Made by a program: the position numbers and the translations under genes. A DNA stretch of 63,300 nucleotides, counting the filler, from Sphacelaria rigidula (lineage: Eukaryota), in assembly GCA_964200075.2 (NCBI GenBank). It is 6 parts of 6 records of this genome, joined end to end, with 100 filler letters (N's around TTAATTAATTAA, not from the genome) between each part and the next. Parts side by side here need not be neighbours in the genome. Positions count along the whole stretch, not along the records: positions 21,137 to 31,603 come from CAXNAA020006445.1; positions 31,704 to 42,169 come from CAXNAA020006446.1; 4 more parts are not named here. The stretch is one strand, 5' to 3'. Positions 24,855 through 36,030 of this stretch are shown piece by piece (position 1 is the first letter of the stretch; every line of letters starts with the position of its first letter). Under the pieces are notes generated by a model, which was given only the letters and a program-made list of their open reading frames with translations, searched no databases and was not told the DNA's origin.

Positions 24855-26400
24855 CTGCAACGATCATTGACCGAATAAATCACACGAAAAAGAGAAAAAA
24901 AAGACAAAAGAGACTGGACATCGGTACCGATAGATACATACATTTTGATACTGTCGGCATATGTGGTGAACCGAACATTGAAAATCGGACCCATAGCTCG
25001 ACCGATAGTTCGAGGGGGGGGCAGTGTTACGTCTTACAGTTTGGGTCAATTTCGATGAGAAATAAAAAGCGAAAACGTCCCAACTTTCCTACCTCCGGCG
25101 GCCTGCTAGCTACGCTCGATGAACTTTTTGCGATATATGCCGATATATTGCCAGCATGGTCGATTGTGGAAGAAACGAATTAGACACGTGAACAGTGAGG
25201 CTCGCGAGGGGCAAGGGGCCCCGGAGATCACTGTTGTGTCATGCCGGGACGGACCACACAGCATACATTTTGTTCGCTTCTTGAATACCTGTCGGTTTCG
25301 CCCACCTCCGAGATATGTTGAATTGCATACTTTCTACCGATACATAACCCCCCCAAAAAAGTTCAATGATACGTTGTATGCACGCAGTGTGTGGTTAAGG
25401 CACAATAGATTAAGTCAACGCAATAACAAAAGGATGATACCGTACCGGAGGTCGTCATAAGCGGGGCTGTTTTGCAGATTTTTTTTGACTTTTTCGGGAA
25501 CTTTTCCGACTTTTTGAGAAACACATGCTGAAAAAAGTGTCCAACGCTGTATTTCCGGGTAATATGTAGTCAGTCTTGAATCGATCTATTGCTTGACCTT
25601 GTTGAGAAATTTGCCGTCACATTCCTGGGGAAGTTATTTTTCGGAGAAAAAAGTTCTGAAGAAGACAGCCGGGCTAAAAACGTCCGTGAACAAGCCCCGA
25701 AATACGCACCACTACAGTACACACTTTTCATCATCGTCATCATCATACCTACAGGAATTCCAAAAATAAATAAGAGAGAGCATAAGACGAAAACTTTCAA
25801 CTATCAAAATGCATGGGTAAGTAGCCTGTGGACGGATTTTTCACCCCCTGGATAATAACAGTAAATTACATTGACTAAAAGTGTAATGCGTACAGTATCC
25901 AATTTAGCGCCTCTACATCGTCCATGTTGATGAATGATCGATGAATTGATTAATTGATTGATTGTTGCATTTTAACTGATCCCCCAGGGGCCATGATCCA
26001 TCCGTGGTCACATGATAGATGTGAAACACTCGCTGCAGAAAAAAAAACAGAAAAAAGTCGAACAGAACGACATAGTAGACGAAAACGTGAAAAAATAAAA
26101 ATAAATAAAAAATAAAAAATAAAAGGTCAAGAAAAGAAAAGCACAGAAAGAATTGACCATCTATAAAACAAAAAAAGGAAGAGAAAAGAAGAAGAAAAAA
26201 AAAGGAAGAGAAAAAGTTTGGGAAAAAAAATATATATATATCGTCGCTATATCCTCTGTTTACAGGACTCAGCATTCGATACTTCACGCAGTAGGCTGTT
26301 CGCTAATGTACTCTGTTCTTCATCCAGGGTGCAGAATCTTTCAGGGTTGTGTTCAGTACGGTAGATATACCCGGAAGTAGGAGATTCTTGTTTGGCATAT

Positions 26401-26443
26401 CAAACCATACCGGAATGGGTACCGTTCATTCCGGTATGGTTTG
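26401..26443. repeat. perfect 17-bp hairpin
   Basis: CAAACCATACCGGAATG-N9-CATTCCGGTATGGTTTG. Confidence 0.9.
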
Positions 26444-26655
26444 GTAGGTTATCTAGCCCTGTTTCCAATAATCCGGCATGACCCGGAAGGGCAGGTACCG
26501 ATAAAACACCTCTTCCACACCTCTGTAATTACCCGACGAGTTTCAGCCGGTGTGTCCTACAGAGAACAACCTTGGGATCTAAATCTGAATCTTCACGACA
26601 GCACACTGAAAGCACGGTCGCTCGCAATTATAGTGTGATATATCGCTCGGATCAC

Positions 26656-26740
26656 CTGGACGGTTCGCCAGCAGTCGTTTTCCTTCGTGACGAACGTCTT
26701 CATCGGCCGTCTCTCCTTCACGTCCCACAGCACGACCCGT
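26656..26740 (-). CDS. WDHD1/AND-1/Ctf4-like WD40 protein, exon c (RVVLWDVKERRPMKTFVTKENDCWRTVQ)
   Basis: CCACAG| and |GTGATC boundaries, 85 nt. Phase matches exon b (GG+A = Gly) and completes the WD dipeptide. Confidence 0.85.
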
Positions 26741-27458
26741 CTGTGGGAATGAATATTCCGAATCAGACGGCCAGGTGAGCATGGACGAACACGCAGACGA
26801 GAGATACGAGACAGGCGGGGAAGTGGAATGCCCGAGGCGGTACGCAAACACGATACAAGCGATGCAGTACGTATGCAATATAGAAAAAGATATAAAGATG
26901 ACTATATATAAAAAAATGGAATGGATTATTGGGTTGGATGGGTTGGGATGTTCTTTTTATAATGGGGTTTTTTGGACAAGGGGAAGAGAACGTATAGATT
27001 ATTTTGGGTAATGGATAATGGGTTCTATGGGGGATTTTTATCACGGGTTTTGGGTTGTTTTGAGGGTTTTGGACAGTGGGAGAACAACACAAATAGCAAC
27101 CCGAGAAAAAACACGAGAGGTGGAATATTTTTAGAAAAAAAAACGAAACGAAAACGATATCGAAAAGTGAGGGACGAAAACACCATGGAAACAGAAAAAA
27201 AAAGAAAAAAAAATGAAAGGAATGAAGAAGGAAAAAAAAACAGTAGAACAAATAAGAATAAATATGTACTCATGAATAATTTTAAAATCACGAATCACGA
27301 CGAGTCAAATGACCACCTCCACGTCGGTGGAACAACTGCGGTTATGCCATCCTTCTGTATGTACAATGGACCAGTCACGAAGTGGCAATGCTTGGCGTCG
27401 CAGACGGCATCTTGATACCGTACTTATTGTGGGAACACAAAAGAAGGACAAATCTCAC

Positions 27459-27563
27459 CCGCCCAGTCCAGCAGTGGCAAGGTACTTTCCGTCGGGGCTG
27501 TATCTGCAGAGAGTGATCTGGTCGAGGTGCCCCTGCTCTTTTTTCTCCGGGACCATCCTCGTT
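27459..27563 (-). CDS. WDHD1/AND-1/Ctf4-like WD40 protein, exon b (GHLDQITLCRYSPDGKYLATAGLG)
   Basis: GGACAG| and |GTGAGA boundaries, 105 nt. Canonical WD40 GH....SPDGKYLAT motif. Confidence 0.88.
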
Positions 27564-28429
27564 CTGTCCAGCACAACCCCAACACGCGAAGAAGGCCGGG
27601 GGGCGAGGGGGGCGAGGGGAGAGAGAGTGGAGGCAAGTGAGCAACACCATCGAAGGGTGGATAGCGGAGCAATCACAGGATTGGCGGGTAGTACGTTAGA
27701 CCTGAAAAACCGAACGACTGACGTGGTACATCCGGACGATATTACCTACTCGGCAATACATCGATTTCAGCGTGGAGTTTTTCAGAAGAAGTTTCCGTGA
27801 GCCTTCTCCACAGTTCCCCCCCCCCCTCCCGCGCCCCCGGGGATGCACACATTCTTATTGGATAATGTTGCCGCGTGACGGGTCATTTCCGGAACATTTT
27901 TCAATACGCTGTTGTCAAGTGATTTGACCAACCCCCAAAATGGGCACTTGGATCGCACTAGTATAGCAACATGAGGGGCATCTCTCGTTGTCTTGTTTTT
28001 TTTTCTTTAGTTTACGAGTGACGTGTCAGACACCGCACAATCACACTCTACCGAAACTATGATACTGCGACACTTTCCATGATATACAGCCCCCCCAAAA
28101 AAATTCAGCCAAAAACTGTCAGAAAGAAACTGGTCATCCAGCACCTCGAGTTTGGTTTCAGACTGCATGAAGCACCTCATAAGGGCGATATCGGTGAAAA
28201 CGAATCAAAGCGTGGGAATTCCTAGCTGCTCATTGTGCTCAGCTCTTTTCATTTCGATCCACGTGTAGATTTTGCCTCCCCAAACCAGCCACTTTTTCTT
28301 TTCTTTTCTTTTTGGGGGGGGGCGTACTCATTTGTTGCTTGCCTTAGTCATTTGACCATTGACCATGCATCCCTTTCGAGACGGAGCTTTTTTTGGGGGG
28401 GGGAGGGGCTATCGTAGAAAGTGTCCTGC

Positions 28430-28672
28430 TCAGGCAGTATTGATGTTGTTATTTGTTGTTGTTGCTGTCGGTGGTGTTGTCTTTGTTGTTATCGCTGCTC
28501 CCTTCTTTTCCTTCCTGAGGCCGTTGCTTCTGTCTTTTTCTGTTCCTTTCTTTTTTTCTCCTTCTGTTATTCTGTTTTCGTCTTGTTTTTTGCTGCTCCT
28601 GACCACGGGCTGGATTGTTGCGATCAGCTAGTGTGAGATAACCAATCAATCAATCAATCGACCAATCAATCA
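28430..28672 (+). repeat. pyrimidine-rich repeat with (CAAT)n tail; second copy at 29500-29714
   Basis: Both copies end GATTGTTGC.ATCAGCT..TGTGAGAT.ACCAATCAATCAATC. Confidence 0.75.
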
Positions 28673-29158
28673 ACAGTGCAGTCAAGTACGCTGTAGCGGA
28701 GAGCAGGACAGGACAAAAGTCCAAGCAACACAACGTATACATTAGATAAAGCGCGACTACCGACCTGTAGCCCCATGTTCGTGGTCCTCATTAGCTGCCT
28801 GCTCATTAATACATCGATAGATTCATCCATTGATCGACTAATCCGTTCCCTGTTTATCCACAAGATCACATCAACTCACTCGGTACCATGTGAATGAGAA
28901 AGGTACGGGGATGGATGCGCTACGGAGAGAGGTTCACGTGTTCGGGATGAAGCAGTGATTCATTCTACGGTAGGAAGCACTTTTTACTCGATTTTTTCTC
29001 TGAGGCTGCACAACAAGGCCCAGATGTTTATTATCGAGACGCTCTTCAAGTGCAGAGCCCCACAGAAAAAGTGGGCAACCCTACCGTAAAACCGCTCGAA
29101 AACGAAAGGTGAACACCTTGGCTCGAGAGATGCCATCAGGCGAAACGTTAGCGTGTTC

Positions 29159-29475
29159 AAACAGCCGATCATCCATTTTGAGGATGGAGCTTTTCATTGA
29201 CGATGACAACCCGGAGAATTAAAATCTTCGCATCCACACGAATTCGTCGAGATATGGTTCCATTCCTTCATCTCCTGGTAGCGCTTGACAACTGCTAGAC
29301 GCTGTACGAGTTTGAATTCCGATTACCGAATTTTGGGGGTCCTACAGTGGGAGAAAAGGAAAATTTGGGGTATTTAACGTGATCCTGTGAATTCGCGTGG
29401 ATGCGAAGATTTCAATTCTCCGGGTTTCCATCCTCAATGAAAAACTCTATCCTCAAGATGGATGATCGGCTGTTT
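29159..29475. mobile_element. MITE with ~85-nt terminal inverted repeats
   Basis: AAACAGCCGATCATCCAT.TTGAGGAT...CCCGGAGAATT.AAATCTTCGCATCCAC.CGAATTC at both ends, inverted. Solo TIR-like copies at ~38135-38226 and ~58572-58640. Confidence 0.85.
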
Positions 29476-30273
29476 TTTGGAATCTATACGCTGGGGGGGC
29501 AGGGAGCTAGCTGCTAATAGCGTTAGTGTTGTTGTTGTTGTTGCTGTTGCTGTCGCTGCTTCCTTTCTTCTTTCCTTTTTGTGGCTGTTGCTTCTGCCTT
29601 TTCTGTTTCTTCCCTCCCTTCTTTCTTACTATTTTCTGTTCTTTCTTACTGTTTTCTGGGCTCGATTGTTGCAATCAGCTGATGTGAGATGACCAATCAA
29701 TCAATCAATCAATCAGGCGCAACGGGGCCGAGGGTGAGAAAGGGGGGATATGACACCAACTAATTCGCTACGAGTATAGCCGTGATCACGAGATGATGCA
29801 TGCGCCGACGATGAGAAACGACAGAGATACTCCCGCTGGAGCAAAAGTGAAGCAAAAAAAAGACAAGAAAAAACACACACACACACTCACACTCACACTC
29901 ACAAGAGTGACGGGTAACAAAAAAAGGGGGAGTAGGGAGACAGGCAATACAAGAACAAACAACAACACACAAAAAAAAAATAGGAACGAATGACAGTACT
30001 ATAAAAGAGACTGACAGACGTGCGACTGTCTGAACGGAGTTTGACCAACAGTATGTGACGGTCTCAGAATGTATGCTTGTATGCCACACAGCATGTACCG
30101 CGCTCTCCGTACAATCATCCGGCAGCTTTCTGCACGTTTTCGCAGGAAGGGTACAAAAATGTAAATGTCGAGATTTGAAGATGTCACAGAAACCAGCCCC
30201 GCCGGCCCCCGCCCCTCACCCCATCCCACCCCATCCCACCGCTGCCCCGCCCGCACCTATCTGCACCGCCATA

Positions 30274-30467
30274 CAGTAGCGGCCCGCTCATAAGGAACGA
30301 GGTTGTACGAAAATAAGGCTGAGATTTTCGAAAAAAAAAAGAAAAAAAGTGCTCAGCGTTAGCGACGACGGCTACACCGAGTCCAACCAACACAGTACTA
30401 GATCGTTGCATCGGATATAAGTTAGGCTAAGCTAGATTTTCAGTTTCTTATGAGCGGGCCGCTACTG
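30274..30467. mobile_element. Tc1/mariner(pogo)-type MITE with TA target-site duplication
   Basis: TA|CAGTAGCGGCCCGCTCATAAG ... CTTATGAGCGGGCCGCTACTG|TA: perfect 21-nt TIRs, 194 nt long. Confidence 0.9.
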
Positions 30468-30588
30468 TATGAAAGTTATCACTACTGTCCCGCGGTGTGT
30501 GAAAACGACCCCTCCGTGTCATGCTCCACTGCGTCTATTTTTCTCGGAGCAAGAAACATAGGTCATGCAAGCAAACCGGGTTCATCAC

Positions 30589-30653
30589 CTTTCCCAGGTG
30601 CCTCTTGTCAGGATGAGGGGGTCGGAGTCGCCGGTGACGCTTAAGCCGGTTCC
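30589..30653 (-). CDS. WDHD1/AND-1/Ctf4-like WD40 protein, exon a (GTGLSVTGDSDPLILTRGTWE)
   Basis: First AG (AAG) after a long pyrimidine tract, and a |GTGATG donor. Ends in phase 2, matching exon b (AG+A = Arg). Confidence 0.7.
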
Positions 30654-31527
30654 CTTGACGAGCGATGAGTGCGTGCGACGGCGGAGGAAGACGCGAAAGA
30701 GAGGAGACACGGACAGGCCGGCAGAGGAGCAGAACGAAGACGAAGGCCGATGTCCCGAAGACACCGAGAGAAAAGGGAGAGGACTTTATGATTTTTTTGT
30801 GATTTCGTGATCATGGGACAACGCAGTAATGAATAATACTTCGCATGTAATTATCCGTATAATTATCATTATAATCATCATTGTAATTGTCGTTTTAATC
30901 TTAATTATTATTATTGATAATAATAATAATTATGATGAATTTGATTAGTATTATCGTTACCATTGTTTATTCCGCACATTGGCCCGATCTCTCGGACCCG
31001 CGGTCAAAGACGTAGACTCTTATTTCCACTACCGACCCCGCGATTCCTTCCAAGAGATAGAGCTCTCATTCCTTCTTATGAAACTCCAAAACAAATAATG
31101 TCGGAAGCAAATTTGACGCGGAGTTCACGACAGGACGCGAACAACTAAGAAGCTGTTGAAATGACAAACGCAACAAATCCACGATTTTTTGTTGGTCCGT
31201 GCAGTATTGATGAAATAATCATGTTGCAGAAATGATTAAAAATGCAATGCTAGGGGGCATCATGGACGGGTCTTCCCATTTTCCCCCCCGAAATCTTCGA
31301 AAAATTCGGAAAAACCAACTTCTTTGTTTGAAGAATGTGAGAGTATATTTTTTCACCCCGTGGCGAAAAAAATCAAGTAAAGTCTGTCGACAAGTTTCTC
31401 CGAAAATCTAGCGTCTGCTTTTGTTTTCCTTCAGCAATTTTTTTGGCGAAAAATCAGAGGGAAACAGGTCTCCAATTATCCGGGAAAAGCGATATTCAGT
31501 ATACATATATACATATACATGTGAGTT

Positions 31528-31603
31528 GTATGTGTGTGTGTTGTCGTCCCATTTATTCTGGGCGCCAGTCGACCTCTTTCGGGATATGTGGGCGCATCAG
31601 CCG
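31528..31603 (-). mobile_element. SINE 3' end cut by the contig edge
   Basis: Reverse complement matches the SINE 3' end plus CA tail. Confidence 0.75.
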
Positions 31604-31703
31604 NNNNNNNNNNNNNNNNNNNNNNNNNNNNNNNNNNNNNNNNNNNNTTAATTAATTAANNNNNNNNNNNNNNNNNNNNNNNNNNNNNNNNNNNNNNNNN
31701 NNN
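31604..31703. other. artificial contig linker
   Basis: N44-TTAATTAATTAA-N44. Confidence 0.98.
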
Positions 31704-32052
31704 CCCCCCCCGAACCGGCCAAAAATGTGCACGGAGGCGATGATCGTGAATGCCGTTGGAGCTGGTTTCGTGCTGCACGACGCGACTCATTTTGGCGTTA
31801 TAGCTGATTTCGGACTGCGAGACGCCTCTCATGTGGGCGAACTTGCTGCAAACGAGCCCAATAGTGGGGTCGCAGCCGGTTTGTCGGACGGTCTCCGGTG
31901 CACTTTTTGTGGGGGGCTATCTCGGCATTTGTCTGACCCGAGTGACTTCGACAAACGCAGTCGAACGTTTTTTGCTGGGGACTTGTGCCACTCAGTTGCA
32001 ACCCATCTTGCACTCTTATTCATGTTTGAAGGCCCAAGCAGCAACCACACGG

Positions 32053-32152
32053 GTGGCCACTGGGGTGCCTGCGACCTCAAATTTGGACGTTACAGACGTT
32101 GCACAAGGTCTGTAACGTCCAAATTTGAGGTCGCAGGCACCCCAGTGGCCAC
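32053..32152. repeat. perfect 45-bp inverted repeat with 10-nt loop
   Basis: 32053-32097 is the exact reverse complement of 32108-32152. Confidence 0.97.
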
Positions 32153-33719
32153 GCGTGCATGTTTCGCGGCATTTGCGTGGCAGTCTTCTTACGCTGACCA
32201 CCTTGGAGGTTGCGGTTGCTGCAACCGAGCCGGAACTTGTCTGACCCACGGTCACTCTCGACCGGAGTAATCGCAGTCGACAATGGTATGGAGCGTGCAA
32301 GCCTTGGTGTACTGCTGCATAATTGTGTTGATCGTCAGGAGACGCTCAAAGGCAAGCAGAAAGCAAAATCAACAAAGCCCGTTGGTCATGGAGTACACAT
32401 ATGACCATACAATGTACGCATCTATATTATAGCTAAATGCATACAAACGTACACGTATCATACGTCCCTCACGGTAAAAAACAAACAACGTCTCACTTTT
32501 CAAGCTTTACCCAATGTGTAAAGCAATGCTGAACAGGAGCACACTCGCTGAAAGGTACACAATCTGTAGTGGTCGATGTCCAGCTTCAGCACATGTTGTT
32601 GTTTGACCTCGCTCCAGTGTCCATGCCATCATCAAATGTTATACAACTGTACACTATAGTCAAGTATTCAACTACCACACTCTATGCAAGTACTTGGTAA
32701 CCACACTAAATGCAAGTACTTGGTTGCCAAACTGAATTCAAGTAGTTAGCACAGACCTGCCGCCCGGCGCCCAGTCCTCCCCTCCCAACCCCCCCGAACC
32801 CTCTTTTTCTCGACTTTTTCAACGATTGGGGTCATGTTCCTTGGAAAATATAATTGAGGTACCCTTGACTAACCGCTTTTTTGCGACTCCGTTCTTGCGA
32901 CTTTATTTCTGCCACTTCATTTCTGCAACTCGATTCTTGCGACATTCTTTTTGCTAGGTATTTCCACTCTCAAAGCCCTATCGATTTCGGTTTTTTGGGG
33001 ATGACTTTGGCAAACAGAAACAAAACGCATCTTGCTACAAGCGGCACCCGGACACACAGCAGTTGCTTCTGCCTACCCAGTATCATCTTCCAAATCGAAG
33101 TATTGAGTAACAACCCCCAGCGTTTGGTGCCCATGTACAAGGAAGGATAATCTTCGTCTAATATCATGCTCCAAAGCGTACCCGACAAGGGGGCAACATC
33201 CCCGTACAGACAGTAGCAATGCTAGCGGATCCTTGTCCTGACAGTCTGGCAGCCGGCAAGATGACTATGGCAGCCGGCACGGTGGTTATGATAGTGTCCT
33301 TCTAGCGATATCAAATTGCAGTGCACTGGAGCAGAGTTGGCAAGTGAGTATTCCGGCGATTGCCTCACGTCCAGTTCGCCCAGATGTTGCAGAGGTTTTT
33401 CACGATATCACTGAGTAACATTACATACACGTATATGTGGAATAGGACCGGACCCTTCGTTACATTTTGAGTGGAGATGTACCAGACCCTGCATCATATA
33501 TCGGAATGTACCCAACCGTGGACAAAAATCAAAGATTCTCACACCCTGGGACTGCATCTATTGCGATAGCAATAGAATCTGCTGCAGTAGATGCCAATAT
33601 TGTCGTCTGTCATGGCCATCGATCGTCAAAATCATATTTTTATTGTCCTTGGCAATGTCTATCGGTAGACTAGATTCCCACACACTTGTCTGGGCAGCAG
33701 CCTGCTGTGGCCCTACACC

Positions 33720-33970
33720 GAAATCAATTGCGGCCGACCAAATGCATCGCTCGATAGCTTTCCAAATCTATTGATGACGGCAACGGCTCTCGATAGACCG
33801 CGTGCCAAATATATTGATGACGACGATGGCTATTGACAGATTATATACCAAATCGATTGATTACAGGGATAGCTATTGATAGATTGCGTATACATCTATG
33901 AACGGCGGCAATGACTATCGGTAGATACATACCAGAATCTACTGTGGGATACAATGCCTACCGATACTCT
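33720..33970. repeat. degenerate 43-nt minisatellite (array A; related array C at 35330-35600)
   Basis: CCAAATCTATTGATGACGGCAA.GGCT.TCGATAGA units with a 43-nt period. Confidence 0.8.
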
Positions 33971-34473
33971 CTGTCGTCTATTGCCACACCTACATCGCAA
34001 CATACGACATATAGAGCATATTGTACTCCGTTAGGTTACGGTAGAGAAGCCGCAGGTGGATATGCAGTGGGTGTATAATTATTCTACTGGTGAGTATGAC
34101 ATCACGTTTCTACGATTTGGGAACGCTTGATTTTGCAGGGATCCGCGAAATGTGTGGACAAAAGTTTACAACTTTTGTCATTGGTGTAGTGTAAGTACTA
34201 ACGGTTGTCCCTCTGATGGACATGAGCGCTTGCAGAACGTTTGTGTGTGGGTGAGATGTGCTTATACCCTGGACAATAGACTATGTAATAGAACATTGGC
34301 GCTGCAATAGCCCCGAAAATTCGTCCGTCAAAGTTCATTGTCAGTCATAATTGACTGGCATCAAAGTCTATAGATGGCTGTTGTAGGCGACAATAGATTC
34401 GGAACGAGGGACAGAATGTATCATTGCCGTGACAATGGAGGGGCCAAGTCGTGTATCGATACATTTCATTCGT

Positions 34474-34710
34474 TGCAATAGGCTCTGAATCGTGGCCACC
34501 AATGTATTTTGCTAATCACAATAGGATCTGCCACGCGGCCAGCAATATGTACTGTTGGTCACAATAGGATATCAATTGAGCCCATCCATGTCTATTGAGT
34601 GTCACAATGTAATCTGAATCGCGGCCACCAATGTCTACCGCTGGGCACAATGTAATCTGAATCGCCGCCACCAATATCTATTGCTGACCACAAAAGTAGC
34701 TGAATGGCGT
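34474..34710. repeat. 43-nt minisatellite (array B)
   Basis: CACAAT.(G/T).ATCTG-like motif recurs every 43 nt from ~34517 to ~34689. Confidence 0.85.
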
Positions 34711-35957
34711 CGATCACCAGCGCTATGTATGCACATATATGTTTCTGTGATGGAGCTCGGAGGCGTTGCAAGATATACGCTGTGTGGGTCTGCTCGTAGA
34801 CCCTGAGTTCCGTGAAGCGTTGTTATCGCGTTTCCTATTGTCATCAGTTGGGATTGTTCCCGCTTCGCCACATCGCGTTGACCCATCTCGATCAGTTACC
34901 GGCTTACCTTGGTCTCTACCCTGGGCCATCACTACGCTCTGCTCCTATGGCTGCGCCCCGGCTATACTGAGTAAGGGAGGCTTGTACGTATATCATGACG
35001 CTATGAAACACGTGAGTTCCTAATGAACAGTCTGCACAAGGATGAGCCTACTGTGTGATTGTTCATGATGAATAGCTAGGTCTGTGTGATGTTGCCCACG
35101 TGGGAGCTTGGTGGGTTGGCACCATGGTACCTCCTGGCACTCATACTTAGAGACCGTAGTCAGTGCATCAGCGACGCTATCATTATAACATTTCCACCTT
35201 ATTCCACAGAAGCTATGGCCAGCTATCGCCTCGGGTCGCTGCGTATTTATGTGTAAGGGGTATTGCCGTTGATGTCATGAGACCACTGCAGTGAGCAATC
35301 CTTTTTTCAAGTCCTAGCGTTGGCGTCACTGGCTATCGATAGGTGCTCCCGAGAACAGTCGACAGTTGATGGCAATGCCCATATTGGTAGATACCAAAAA
35401 ATGCATTGTTGGCAACAGAGGCTACCGATAGACGGCTGACCAAGGCTATCGATGGCGATAATAGGTATTGATAGATGACTCACCTAATCTATTGATGACG
35501 GCAATGACTATCGATGGATATCTCGCCGAACATACTGATTACTGCAATGGCTATCGATATTGAAGTATATAACCCAGAATCTATTGCGGTACACGATGTC
35601 CATCGATGGCGAGTGATCTTCATCTATTGTAATTGCCACAGGCTTTTGATCGACTTCATCTATTGTCCCTTGCAATATATATCAATAGATGTGTTTCACC
35701 CTCTATCGTGTTCGATAATATACATCGATATATTTGCCCCCGTGGCTATTGCTGAAACAATGGACTATTATTGTGTCCATTGTCCAGAGTGTAAAGATTC
35801 TACAGTGAGTACATCAGTCTCGTTTTTCTTGGGTACGTCTATCATGAGACCACGGCCAGACCCCTGGGGGGTCAGTCAAAGTGCGACAATTAATCAATCA
35901 AACAATCGAAAAGTACGAACACGATGTTGAAAGTGTACAGCGCAAAGTCGGTGGGTA

Positions 35958-36030
35958 GTGTGTATTGTCGTTCTATCTATTCCGGACGCCGATCTCCACC
36001 TCTCGGTATACGTGGGCGCACCAGCCGCGG
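35958..36030 (-). mobile_element. SINE 3' fragment
   Basis: Matches the GGCTGGTGCGCCCACGTATACCGA...GGCGTCC.GAATAGAT end of the SINE. Confidence 0.7.

Noticed and set aside
25913-27415. Phe- or Lys-rich ORFs in the track
   Set aside because: Translations of low-complexity A/T-rich intronic tracts. Most other short ORFs in the track are similarly spurious.
16653-30653. clpP and WD40 exons as one fused minus-strand gene
   Set aside because: They lie on different, unlinked contigs separated by an artificial linker.
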